Source: Candidatus Latescibacterota bacterium
Lineage (GTDB): Bacteria > Latescibacterota > UBA2968 > UBA8231
Length of the DNA: 64,000 nt
Direction of reading: 5' to 3'
NCBI GenBank assembly: GCA_965261395.1
Contig: OZ253462.1
Coordinates: forward strand, 4,416,001 to 4,480,000
The notes under the pieces were generated by a model, which did no database searches, was not told the DNA's origin, and was given only the letters and a program-made list of their open reading frames with translations. Position 1 is the first letter of the stretch; each line of letters starts with the position of its first letter. Positions 40,363 through 50,056 of this stretch are shown in pieces. The translations under genes were made by a program, and so were the position numbers.

Positions 40363-41598
40363 GTGACCTTTGAATTTCTTGGGATATTGACCAGTTTTTT
40401 CGACTTCCTCTGGTCATCCTTCCTGTTGCTAGCGCCCATGCTGTTGCTGGGGCTATTCCTTTCCGGCCTGATTCATGTGTTCATCTCCCGCCAGGCCATA
40501 CTCCGCTGGCTCCGCGACGACAGTCTAAAATCCGTAACCACAAGTTCGGCCATCGGCGTGCCCGTGCCGCTGTGTAGTTGTTCGGTCGTGCCGGTAGTCG
40601 CTGAGATGCGCCGGAAGGGCGCGTCCCGTTCGGCCTGCATGTCCTTCCTGATAACTGCGCCGGAAACAGGCGCGGACTCAATTCTAGTCACCAATGCGTT
40701 CTTCGGATTCGTCGTTGCCATTGTCCGGCCCGTCATCAGCTTCATCACCGCGGTCGTCGCCGGGATCTTTTGCATTGGCCTCATAAAAGACGACCGCGAC
40801 GAAGCCAAGGCGAGCGACCCCGACCACTGCCATGACTGTGAGCACGATCATGGCGCGCACCAATCCCTCATAGCTGATAGAGATGATTGCTACGTCAATC
40901 CCTCGCAATTGAAGGTGTTATTAGTCAACTGGTTGAAGGGAAATGCCACCAGCGATCCTTCTCCGGGCGATGTCTCCACAGACGATCAGGGTCTGGACTT
41001 CAAGAAGCTGGTCAAGCACGTCTTTCGCTATGGCTTCATTGAGATAGCGGACGACATTCTCTTTGCGCTGCTGGTGGGCGTTGCCTTGGGAGGAGTGCTT
41101 TTTCTGGCGATTCCAAGCGACCTGATGTCAAATGAGTATGCCCGCTGGCTATCCTATCCGATCATGGTGCTGATCGGCATTCCCCTCTATATCTGCGCTT
41201 CCGCCAGTACCCCGATCGCCGCCGCACTAGTTGCCAAGGGAGTCAGCCCCGGTGCGGCGCTGATTTTCCTCATGACCGGACCAGCCACCAATACGGGCAC
41301 CATCGCGATCATCGTCAGTCAGTTCGGCACTCGCTTCGCGTCCATCTACGTCGTCGCAGTCATCGCGGTTACGGTCATTCTCGGCATCGCCATCGACGCG
41401 CTGCTTCTGGCCGCTGGTCTGACAATTTCCGTGAACCTCGACGCCTCCCATTCGCCGGCTATTCAACTCCTGCAATGGGGAAGCGCTTTGCTCCTCATCG
41501 CTCTGATCGTCTGGCGCTTTCGGGCCGGTGCCCTGCGCAACGGCTACGAGGATATGCTGTTCAATCTTCGTTTCCGGTCCAGCACTAGCGACCGGTGA
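40363..41598 (+). CDS. DUF318-type metal permease
   Basis: PLCSCSVVP, APETG.DS, PLYICASASTP, GPATN; His/Cys-rich loop. Confidence 0.85.
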   Translation: MTFEFLGILTSFFDFLWSSFLLLAPMLLLGLFLSGLIHVFISRQAILRWLRDDSLKSVTTSSAIGVPVPLCSCSVVPVVAEMRRKGASRSACMSFLITAPETGADSILVTNAFFGFVVAIVRPVISFITAVVAGIFCIGLIKDDRDEAKASDPDHCHDCEHDHGAHQSLIADRDDCYVNPSQLKVLLVNWLKGNATSDPSPGDVSTDDQGLDFKKLVKHVFRYGFIEIADDILFALLVGVALGGVLFLAIPSDLMSNEYARWLSYPIMVLIGIPLYICASASTPIAAALVAKGVSPGAALIFLMTGPATNTGTIAIIVSQFGTRFASIYVVAVIAVTVILGIAIDALLLAAGLTISVNLDASHSPAIQLLQWGSALLLIALIVWRFRAGALRNGYEDMLFNLRFRSSTSDR

Positions 41599-41675
41599 GG
41601 GGACCCCTGATCCGCAGTCGTTTCTTGCGGGGCATCATCTTCCCACCACACCAATCGGTCCACTTCTTCCCGTAT

Positions 41676-42257
41676 CTACGTTTCTGATCCCAGAAACTGC
41701 CGGATGTACTCGCCTTTCGGTGTTAGCTGGGTAGAGACGTCGATCACATTGGGCACTTTATCCATTATCTTTTCACGGATCTGTTTAACGACGACGTACC
41801 CTTCTGCTACTGTGAGCTCTGGGTCGGTTTCCGCCGTTAATTCAACATACAGGGCCCCACCCATGGACCGGATGCGAATATTGTGGGTAAATGTTACGCC
41901 TGCTACCTCTTCCGCCATCTCTTCGATTAGGGCTATCGTCTCTAGCGAAGGAGCGAAATCTATCAACTCTTTGACCGCTGTTGCTCCCAACTTCCCAAGC
42001 ACTGTGCAGGATCAAACCCGCGATCACGACCGTGGTGACCGGATTAATCAACGAGAAGGCCGGAAAATAGGAGGAAATGAACTACCCCGCCGCAAGCAGC
42101 GGGGTATCGAGTTAGTAGCCCGAGAGCGCCGCAAGCGGCGGGGTATTAAACCCGAATGAGAAATAAAAATGCTCAGCAGGACTGCCAAGGCGCTGATGGC
42201 AGTAGCTTCCTGAAGTCTCTGTTTTTCATTTGGTTCTGCGTGCGCGTGCATGTGCAT
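41676..42257 (-). pseudogene. Cation diffusion facilitator remnant
   Basis: MHMHAH..TM1 start with AGGAGG SD, then inserted element; central TMs missing; TM6 (INPVTTVVIAGLIL), frameshift near 41980, cytosolic domain (HNIRIRSMG..LTVAEG). Confidence 0.75.
42076..42167. mobile_element. Miniature non-autonomous palindromic element (IS200/IS605-end-like)
   Basis: Two related hairpins TACCCCGCCGC-AA-GCAGCGGGGTA and CGCCGC-AA-GCGGCG(GGGTAT) at the CDF breakpoint; ends approximate. Confidence 0.65.
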
Positions 42258-42505
42258 ACTGCTTAACCTCCTGTACAATGCCGTAGGCGACAGCTCATAC
42301 GACTTCTGGGTGGCGATCGGGGGCCGGCAGCGCGGGACCTCAGCAGTGGCAGGTACTGAGGTCAACCACGACTTTGTATATAATACTCGCACCTAACAAG
42401 GTCGCGTGGTGCAACACACAACCCGACATCGCCAAGGGGAAAAGCAATGATGTTGCAGGAAACCGCGATCGCCGGCTGCCCAGCTAGTTTCCGGTTATAG
42501 CCATC

Positions 42506-43372
42506 ATGGATTCAAACGCTCTACTGGTTTTGTCGGCCTACTCAGCCGCTATCTTTGCCGCTTCCCTTCTCGGCGGGAAATTGGCGGCCTTGGGTACCAT
42601 GACGCATACGCGTACTCAGGTCGTGATGAGTCTTGTGGCCGGCTTCATCCTCGGCATCGCCATGTTTCACCTGCTACCCCACAGCCTCAATCGCATTCCC
42701 GGGCCTGACATGGTAGAAAAAACCGTGGGATGGATGGTCTTAGGCATGGTCCTGATGATTTTCTTACTGCGTATCTTTCACTTTCATCAGCATGACTTCA
42801 GCAGCGAGGCGAGCGATCTGTACGATCAACACGACCACGGTAGTTCCGGCATCCATTCTCGGAGTTTGTTCGGCGTTGCCATCGGCCTAGGAGTGCACAC
42901 CGTGACCGAAGGGATCGCGCTGGGCACTAGCATGAAGATGGGGCCGCCGCATGAAAACGACGTCGCCTTGGCGGGCTTAGGAGTATTCTTCGCCATTCTG
43001 CTGCACAAGCCGCTCGATGCGTACTCCATTATCGGCATGATGAAGTCCGCCGGGCACAGCCAGCGCGCCCGGACATTGGCCAATGTCGGATTTGCCATGC
43101 TGTGCCCTTTGGTGGCCCTGGCAAGCTTTGGGGGTGTGGAATTGCTTGGCTCGGAAGAAGGGGCGGTGGTCGGCTATGTGCTGTCTTTTGCGGCGGGCGC
43201 GTTCTTGTGCATTGCCTTGAGCGACCTGCTGCCGGAGATCCATTTCCACAGCCACGATCGCGGCAAGCTCATCGCATCCCTGCTCGTGGGCATCGGTCTC
43301 GCCTACGCACTGTATTACGTTGAATCCAGCGCCATCCACGGACATGGGATGGAGACGCACATAGGGCATTAG
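42506..43372 (+). CDS. ZIP-family divalent metal transporter
   Basis: HLLPH, His-rich loop, HTVTEG, LHKPLD, DLLPE. Confidence 0.9.
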   Translation: MDSNALLVLSAYSAAIFAASLLGGKLAALGTMTHTRTQVVMSLVAGFILGIAMFHLLPHSLNRIPGPDMVEKTVGWMVLGMVLMIFLLRIFHFHQHDFSSEASDLYDQHDHGSSGIHSRSLFGVAIGLGVHTVTEGIALGTSMKMGPPHENDVALAGLGVFFAILLHKPLDAYSIIGMMKSAGHSQRARTLANVGFAMLCPLVALASFGGVELLGSEEGAVVGYVLSFAAGAFLCIALSDLLPEIHFHSHDRGKLIASLLVGIGLAYALYYVESSAIHGHGMETHIGH

Positions 43373-43381
43373 CCCGGCGGG

Positions 43382-44392
43382 CTATATCGCCACCTTCTGC
43401 CCTGTCTTCACCGACTCGATTTCCTTCAGGCACAACAGCAGCGAGTTCCGCGCGCTCTGACCGCCTATCTCCTGCGACGCCCTACCGTGCGCGATCGCAT
43501 CTACCGCTTCCTGCAACTCGCCGACAAAGCCGTCCTCCCCCGGCAGAGATGGCGTGCAGACCTCGCCGTCCTTGGTCAACAGTTGCGGCGGCTGGCCCCA
43601 AGACGAGTTGTACTTGAGCGTGGCCTCCTCAAAGTACACGTCATAGCCGTGCTCAAAGGGACAGCCCTGTTGCGCCAACCAACCGCCTTCGGCGCTGATG
43701 GCCATTGGGCCGTCGTACTGGTAGTGGGTGTTGATGTACTCGACCGTCTCACCCCGGCCAATGTATCCTTGTGAGCTAACCGCGGTGGGCATCCCGAACA
43801 AAAACTGCACGAAGTCCGCGTCGTGGATGTGTAGGTCAATCGCTGGTCCGCCGGTGCGCTGCAAGTCTTCTGGTGCCCACCACGCTGGGCGCGAGATAAT
43901 CCGCTTGAAGTGGGCGGCGAGCACCGGGCCGTGCTCCGCGTCGGCGACGAGCTGTTTGATCAGCCGGAATTCTGGGAAATACCGCAGGACGTGGGCAACC
44001 ATAAACTGCCGCTGGTGTTCCTCGGCCGCCGCCACGATCCGGTCGGCGTCGTCCAAGGCTAATGCAATGGGCTTTTCCAATAGCACGTGCTTGCCCGCAG
44101 TTAGCGCGTGGATGCTGGTCTCGACGTGCATCGTCGTCGGCAGACAGATGTCCACCAAGTCGATCTCCGGATCGGCGCACAGCTCGTCCAACGTTTCGTA
44201 GCACCGTATTCCCGACAAGTCCTGCTCCCCCCCGCTGTCGCCGAAATTGCCCTGAATGTCGCGCCAATCCCCCGCGCGCTTTTTGGGGTTGCGCGAGACG
44301 ATGGCCGCGACTTGGCCCCCTTTAACTTGGGCTATAGCCTTGTAGTGAGTCATGCCCATGAAACCGATGCCGACAATGCCGATATTGACCAT
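43382..44392 (-). CDS. Gfo/Idh/MocA oxidoreductase
   Basis: GIGFMG, GKHVLLEKP, DLHIHD. Confidence 0.92.
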   Translation of the reverse strand: MVNIGIVGIGFMGMTHYKAIAQVKGGQVAAIVSRNPKKRAGDWRDIQGNFGDSGGEQDLSGIRCYETLDELCADPEIDLVDICLPTTMHVETSIHALTAGKHVLLEKPIALALDDADRIVAAAEEHQRQFMVAHVLRYFPEFRLIKQLVADAEHGPVLAAHFKRIISRPAWWAPEDLQRTGGPAIDLHIHDADFVQFLFGMPTAVSSQGYIGRGETVEYINTHYQYDGPMAISAEGGWLAQQGCPFEHGYDVYFEEATLKYNSSWGQPPQLLTKDGEVCTPSLPGEDGFVGELQEAVDAIAHGRASQEIGGQSARNSLLLCLKEIESVKTGQKVAI

Positions 44393-44544
44393 AGTGTTCT
44401 CCTTGTCTTTTTAGTGGTGACCACTTCCAAACAAAACCTGCGGAGCGAGACAAGGCAAGCAAGTTGCTGCCGAGAGCTAACCCGCTCTTTAATTCTTTCT
44501 TATTTTGTTCTACAATCACATCCACTCAGCCCCGAGGCCATCCC

Positions 44545-45681
44545 ATGCCCGCTGAAACCTACGGCATTCTGCTGGTCAGCTTCAGCAAGCACAGCCACCA
44601 GCAGCACTTCATCCCCTTGTACCAAGCCCATCCCCGCCTGCGCATCATCGGCGTCGCCGACTACCCCGACATCGACCCGGACTTGCGCCGCTACAATCAG
44701 CACTGGGCTGGCCAACTCGGCGTGCCCTACTCAGAGGACCTCGACGAGTCCATTGACGACCCGGCCGTCGATATTGTCAGCGTCGGCTGCGAAATCGAAC
44801 GGCGGTCCACACTCATCGTCCGCGCGGCCGAGGCTGGCAAGCACCTGTGGATCGACAAATTTCCCGGGGCCACCCTCGCCGAGGCCGAGGCGTCCGCAGT
44901 CGCGGTCGAGCGCACCGGCGTCCGGGCGATCATCCCCGGCTACGCCTACGGCACCCTCGCCCAGCACACCCGCCGCGTCCTCGCCAGCGGCGACTTGGGC
45001 ACCCTGCTCGGCGTCCACGTCGATGTGATGTTCGGCAAGGGCTGGCCGCGCCCGATAACTCAACGCCGCGCCTTTGCCGCACCCAACGGCCGGTGGAAAT
45101 ACCCCGATATCAAAAGAGAACTGCTGACGGTGGGCGCATACGCAGTCGGCCTAATCCAGGAATGCCTCGGCCCCATTCGCCACGTCGTCGGCCACGCCGG
45201 GGCCTTCTTCTTCCCCGAACACGCCGCCCACGGCTGCGACGATTTTGGCACCCTGACTATGACTGATGCCGACGGCCGCCTAGCGACCTTGTGCGGCGGG
45301 CGCATTGGTGCAGCTTCCCATCCCCAAGGCGGGCCGTCGCGGGCGTACCTAATCGGCACCCGCCAGAGCGCCACCATCGACGCCAAAAAACCAGCGCTGG
45401 ACGCCTATCTGCGCGACTACAGCACCGGCTACGACTATCGGCCCGACCCCGAGGATCCCATGCAGTGGCACGGAGGCCCGCCCGTCCCAACCGCTTCCCT
45501 ATCCGAAGACGTAGCGGGCCTAGCAGCCGGGCTCGACGATTTGGTCGCCGCCATCGACGACGACCGACCGCCCCGCTATGGCGTGCGCCAAGCGCGGGAT
45601 TTGATGGAAATTATCCTCGCTGGCTACCGCGCCGTCGAGTGCAACGCGGCCATCGACCTGCCGCTGGAGCAAGAGCTATGA
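44545..45681 (+). CDS. Gfo/Idh/MocA oxidoreductase
   Basis: Start MPAETYG; AGKHLWIDK; family-like layout. Confidence 0.8.
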   Translation: MPAETYGILLVSFSKHSHQQHFIPLYQAHPRLRIIGVADYPDIDPDLRRYNQHWAGQLGVPYSEDLDESIDDPAVDIVSVGCEIERRSTLIVRAAEAGKHLWIDKFPGATLAEAEASAVAVERTGVRAIIPGYAYGTLAQHTRRVLASGDLGTLLGVHVDVMFGKGWPRPITQRRAFAAPNGRWKYPDIKRELLTVGAYAVGLIQECLGPIRHVVGHAGAFFFPEHAAHGCDDFGTLTMTDADGRLATLCGGRIGAASHPQGGPSRAYLIGTRQSATIDAKKPALDAYLRDYSTGYDYRPDPEDPMQWHGGPPVPTASLSEDVAGLAAGLDDLVAAIDDDRPPRYGVRQARDLMEIILAGYRAVECNAAIDLPLEQEL

Positions 45682-46514
45682 CGATCGCCCTCAGTGCCCA
45701 TCCCGCCCTCGACCCACTCGTCGGCCAACTCGCCGCCGCTCTGCCGATCAAGGGCCTGTACTATCCAGTACGTCGGCACCCCGGCACCGCCTTGCCCTTT
45801 TTTAGCGACTTGCCGACCATGCTCCAGGCAACCAGCCCCCGCGTCTGCGCCTTCCTCTCGCCTTATGCAGCCCTCCGCGACGATGTCCGCATCTGCCTCC
45901 AAGCCGGCGTCGCCGTCCTCTGCGCCGGGCCAGTGCCCAAGGCCGACCTGCCCATCGCCAGCGGCGGCGTCCATCGCGGGTCGCCCCTGTTTGCCAAGGC
46001 GCTACAGCAGCGACGCGACCCCTCGTTCGCCGAGCCGGTCTATTTGCGCCTCGTGGCCGGCGTCCAGGGGCCGGGATTGCTGTCGGCGTGGTGGGCCGCT
46101 TGTCGCCAGCTAGCCTTGGCCAGCGACCTGCTGGGCGAAACTCCCGCCCAGGTACATCTTTGCGCCAACCGCCACGGCCGCGCCTACCAAGTGGTGCTGA
46201 CCGCCACGGCTCCCAGCGGCGCGGCGCTCCAGCTAGTTGTCGCTCCCCAGCCTGCGCTGGCCGAGCTAACCTTGCTGGGCCGAGGCGGCGTGATCTCGGC
46301 CAGCGCCGCGCACAGTGGGATCGCCCTATCCAGCGCTAAGGGAACCCAAGTCGTGCCGGACGAGACAGCTCCTCCGGCCGAACTGGCGTGGTTGCGCGAT
46401 TTTTGGGAGAAAAAGAATCCGCCGAGCGAGCACTCAGGCGATTACGGCCAAGCCCTGCTCGGCGGCCTGCGGCGGGCGCTGAGGACGCGCCAGCCTGTTT
46501 TGGTCGCTCTCTAA
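45678..46514 (+). CDS. Degenerate Gfo/Idh/MocA-like protein
   Basis: ATGA overlap; CLQAGVAVLCAGP at the AGKHVL.EKP position. Confidence 0.55.
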   Translation: MTIALSAHPALDPLVGQLAAALPIKGLYYPVRRHPGTALPFFSDLPTMLQATSPRVCAFLSPYAALRDDVRICLQAGVAVLCAGPVPKADLPIASGGVHRGSPLFAKALQQRRDPSFAEPVYLRLVAGVQGPGLLSAWWAACRQLALASDLLGETPAQVHLCANRHGRAYQVVLTATAPSGAALQLVVAPQPALAELTLLGRGGVISASAAHSGIALSSAKGTQVVPDETAPPAELAWLRDFWEKKNPPSEHSGDYGQALLGGLRRALRTRQPVLVAL

Positions 46515-46541
46515 GAAGCTTCGCCCCAAGAACGGTAATTC

Positions 46542-46778
46542 ATGCCGCAACCCACTGCTCAATACAGGCCGAGACACGCCTTCGCACTGCTTTTGCTGTG
46601 CTGCTGGGGAGCGATGGGATCGGCGAGGGACGCGTACGGGCTCAAGATCTTCCGCATCGGCGGCGAAGATCTTGAGGCGGCTGAGGCCGAAGGGGCCGGG
46701 ATGGAACTCAGGGCGCGCATGGGCGACGACGCGAACCCGACAGCGTCTTGCCACCGGGTTTCTACATCCTGCAGCTAA
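46542..46778 (+). pseudogene. Truncated secreted-protein gene remnant
   Basis: Signal peptide plus LKIFRIGGEDL, then early stop. Confidence 0.4.
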
Positions 46779-46856
46779 AGGTAGATACCGATCGTGGCAT
46801 TGAAACGCGCCAGCAACTCCTATTGATAGTCTATTGATCGGTCCGGATAAACTCCC

Positions 46857-48269
46857 ATGAGCGAGACCACGTCCGCACAAGAGCCACTCTCGCCGTTGGA
46901 TCGGCTGCTCGAAAGTTTTCCCTTGGGCAAGGTGCCGCTGGTGATGGCGCTATTATTTATCCTCTCGGCGCTGACGATCGGCATTGGTGGCGACAGGGAG
47001 GGAACGCGGCTGAGCTATTGGTGCTTCGCGCGGACCCACTACGACGACTATGTAATAGCCAAGAGACGCTTTGAGGCCATGCACCCGGGCTGGCAGGTGG
47101 AGATCAAGCTGATGGATAGTCAAAGCTTATCCAATCGCTTGACGGCCGCTTTTGTGCGCGGCAGTGGAGCGCCGGATGCCAGCGAGATCGAGATCAACGA
47201 TATCGGCCGTTTTTTTAAAGGCGAGGCCGAGGAAGTGCCCTTTGAGGATCTGGAACAACTGGGGGCGCAATACGGCGACGAGGGCTGGGTCGAGCGGATC
47301 GTCGAGGCGCGCTATGCGCCGTGGTCTTATAAGGGACACATATTCGGCATCCCGCAGGACTTGCACCCGGTAGTGATGATGTATCGCACGGATCTTTTCG
47401 CCCAGTTGGGCTATGCCGATTTTCCGGCGGCGGCGCAAACCTGGGAAGACTTTATCCGCATCGCCCGCCAAATCAGCCGACCCAAAGAAGTAGACCCAGA
47501 CAACCCGCGCTATGCCATCGGGCTACACAACAAGGATTTCTGGCAGTTCTGGCAATTGCTGCACCAGCGCGGCGTCAGCGTCTACAGCGAAGATCGCTTG
47601 CCAATGGTCAACAGCCCTCAAGCCATTGGTGTGCTAAACTTGATCCAGGGCATGTTCAAGGACGGGGTGGCTTGGCCGATCCGCGATACGCCGACTCTTT
47701 GGGAGGCCATCAAACAGGACGAGGTGTTGACCTTTCTGGCCGCCGACTGGTTTATCGGCTTTTTGCGCAACAATGTGCCCGAGCAGGCGGGCAAGTGGCG
47801 GGCGATGCCGATCCCGGCCTGGGAGCCGGGCGGCAGGCGGGTTTCGACGCACGGGGGCACCACCACGGTCATTCCCAAACAGGGCAAGAACAAGCGCATG
47901 GCCTGGGAACTAACCAAGTTCTTCTACCTGAACTCGCAGGAGGCGGTCTATCGGGCACTGAAGACGCGGGTGATGCCGGCGTTGCACGAGTCTTACGAGG
48001 ATCCCCGGCTGCTCGAAGACCGCTTCGACTATCTGGGTGGCCAACGCCTAGGGCTGCTCTTTGCCGAATTGAAGGATGACGTGCCGGTGGTCTATCTGCA
48101 CTCGTCGTGGACCGAGGCCAGGATGCAGATGAGCAACGCGGTGTTCCAGGTGGTCGAGGAGGGGGCGGATCCGGCTGACGAGCTGGACAAGGTACAGCGA
48201 CATATCGAGGGCATTATGCAGCGCTACGCCGAGGTCGAGGCAATATTGGCGGGCAGGGGGGAGGACTGA
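46857..48269 (+). CDS. Sugar ABC substrate-binding protein
   Basis: N-terminal TM; GSGAPD, GIPQDLHP..MYRTDLF, TWEDF, GKWRAMP. Confidence 0.88.
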   Translation: MSETTSAQEPLSPLDRLLESFPLGKVPLVMALLFILSALTIGIGGDREGTRLSYWCFARTHYDDYVIAKRRFEAMHPGWQVEIKLMDSQSLSNRLTAAFVRGSGAPDASEIEINDIGRFFKGEAEEVPFEDLEQLGAQYGDEGWVERIVEARYAPWSYKGHIFGIPQDLHPVVMMYRTDLFAQLGYADFPAAAQTWEDFIRIARQISRPKEVDPDNPRYAIGLHNKDFWQFWQLLHQRGVSVYSEDRLPMVNSPQAIGVLNLIQGMFKDGVAWPIRDTPTLWEAIKQDEVLTFLAADWFIGFLRNNVPEQAGKWRAMPIPAWEPGGRRVSTHGGTTTVIPKQGKNKRMAWELTKFFYLNSQEAVYRALKTRVMPALHESYEDPRLLEDRFDYLGGQRLGLLFAELKDDVPVVYLHSSWTEARMQMSNAVFQVVEEGADPADELDKVQRHIEGIMQRYAEVEAILAGRGED

Positions 48270-49126
48270 TGGCGCGGCGGCAACTGGCCCCCTATGTCTT
48301 TATCTCGCCCTTTTACGTCCTCTACGCGGCGTTTATGCTCTATCCGCTGGTCTCGTCGATGTGGACCAGTTTCCACTTCCAGCGGACGTTGGACACTCAT
48401 GTCTTCGTCGGCTTGTTCAATTACCGGATTCTGCTGGGCGACCCCCTGTTCTGGCAGGCGCTGTTCAACACCTTCTACTTCACCTGCGGGGTGCTCTTCG
48501 TGCAGTTGCCGGTGGCGCTGGGGATGGCGCTTGTTGTCAACGCGCGTTTTTTGCGCAGGCGCAACTTCTTCCGGCTGTGCTTTTTTTCGCCGACATTAGT
48601 TGCCGGGGTCTTCGTGGCGATCATCTTCCGGCAGATATATCACCCAGACTACGGGATCTTCAATATGCTCTTCGGCGTCGACATCTCTTGGCTGGAGGAG
48701 CAGTGGTTGATCATGCCGTCAATTATCATGACCAGCGTCTGGCAGTCGGCCGGGTTCAATATGCTCTACTTTTTGGCCGGGCTGCAGGGCATCCGCCGCG
48801 AGCTCTACGAAGCGGCCGAGGTCGACGGGGCCAACCGCTGGCAGAGCTTTGTCAACGTGACGCTGCCGGGTCTGCGGCCGATCCTGATCTTTGTGGTTAT
48901 CATCTCGATCATCAATTCGCTACAGCTCTTCGACGTGCCCTTCGTGCTACTCGACGGCGAGGGACCGGGCGGGCACGGGCGCACCATCGTGATGTATCTG
49001 TACCAGAAGTTCGAGACCTCCGAGCTGGGCCTAGCCTGCGCGACAGGCTGGACTCTGGCAGTGCTGATCTTCGCGGTGACCATGGCGCAGTTGCGGCTAA
49101 TGCGCGCCTTTGGGGACGAGTCGTAA
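48269..49126 (+). CDS. Carbohydrate ABC permease
   Basis: ELYEAAEVDGANRWQ EAA loop. Confidence 0.92.
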   Translation: MARRQLAPYVFISPFYVLYAAFMLYPLVSSMWTSFHFQRTLDTHVFVGLFNYRILLGDPLFWQALFNTFYFTCGVLFVQLPVALGMALVVNARFLRRRNFFRLCFFSPTLVAGVFVAIIFRQIYHPDYGIFNMLFGVDISWLEEQWLIMPSIIMTSVWQSAGFNMLYFLAGLQGIRRELYEAAEVDGANRWQSFVNVTLPGLRPILIFVVIISIINSLQLFDVPFVLLDGEGPGGHGRTIVMYLYQKFETSELGLACATGWTLAVLIFAVTMAQLRLMRAFGDES

Positions 49127-49989
49127 TGGGCGCACGGGTGTTCAAGGTCCTGGCCTACGCCCTGCTGGTGGGGACCGCGCTGGCGATCATGGTCCCGCTG
49201 GCGTGGACGGTGATGTCGTCGTTCCGGCCGGTGGGGGATATCTTCTCGCGCGAGTTGCCCACGGCGCTGGCGGATTTCACCCTGCAGAACTATCGGGGAC
49301 TCTACCAGCCGATCGAGCGTTCGGTCGGGACTGAGCAGCGGCTCTTTCCGCCGATCCCCTACGGGCGGTTCTTTTTGAACAGCGTCTTTGTCTCCACCGG
49401 CTTCACTTTGCTGGCGCTGTTTTTCAGTTCGCTGGGCGGTTTTGGTTTCGGCAAATACGAATTCCGTGGCAAGAAGGTCCTCTTTATGATATTGCTGGGG
49501 TCGATGATGATTCCCTTCCACGTAGGGCTGATCCCACTCTACAGCCTGATGGCTCAAATCGGCTGGATCAACTCGTTTCAGGCTCTGATCATTCCGGGAT
49601 CGGCCAGCGCCTTCGCGATTTTCCTAATGCGCCAGTACGTGGCGACGGTGCCCGACAGCCTGATCGACTCGGCCCGGATAGACGGTTGTTCGGAGTTCGG
49701 AATTTACTGGCAGGTAGTGCTGCCTCTGCTCAAGCCGGCCCTGGGGGCGTTGACGATCCTGCTGTTTATGGGGCGCTGGAACGATTTTCTATGGCCGTCG
49801 ATGGTGCTGTTGGACGAGGCGCATTTCACCCTGCCGGTGGGCTTGAAGTCGCTGATCAGCACCTATCAGGAGGAATATGGGGTGCTGCTAGCAGGGACGA
49901 CGCTGGCGGTGGTGCCGATGGTAGCGCTCTTTTTGTGGATGCAACGAGAATTCGTCGAGGGCATCACGCTCGGCGCGGTCAAGGAATAG
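49126..49989 (+). CDS. Carbohydrate ABC permease
   Basis: TAATG coupling; LIDSARIDGCSE, WNDFLWP, GAVKE. Confidence 0.92.
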   Translation: MGARVFKVLAYALLVGTALAIMVPLAWTVMSSFRPVGDIFSRELPTALADFTLQNYRGLYQPIERSVGTEQRLFPPIPYGRFFLNSVFVSTGFTLLALFFSSLGGFGFGKYEFRGKKVLFMILLGSMMIPFHVGLIPLYSLMAQIGWINSFQALIIPGSASAFAIFLMRQYVATVPDSLIDSARIDGCSEFGIYWQVVLPLLKPALGALTILLFMGRWNDFLWPSMVLLDEAHFTLPVGLKSLISTYQEEYGVLLAGTTLAVVPMVALFLWMQREFVEGITLGAVKE

Positions 49990-50056
49990 TACCAACAACG
50001 ACTAGGCGCTAATCGAATCTTCGGATGTATTGGCGCAAGAACAGAAGGAATTGATT

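Noticed and set aside
42048-42392. 114-aa intact protein
   Set aside because: Chimera of the CDF N-terminus read through the inserted palindromic element
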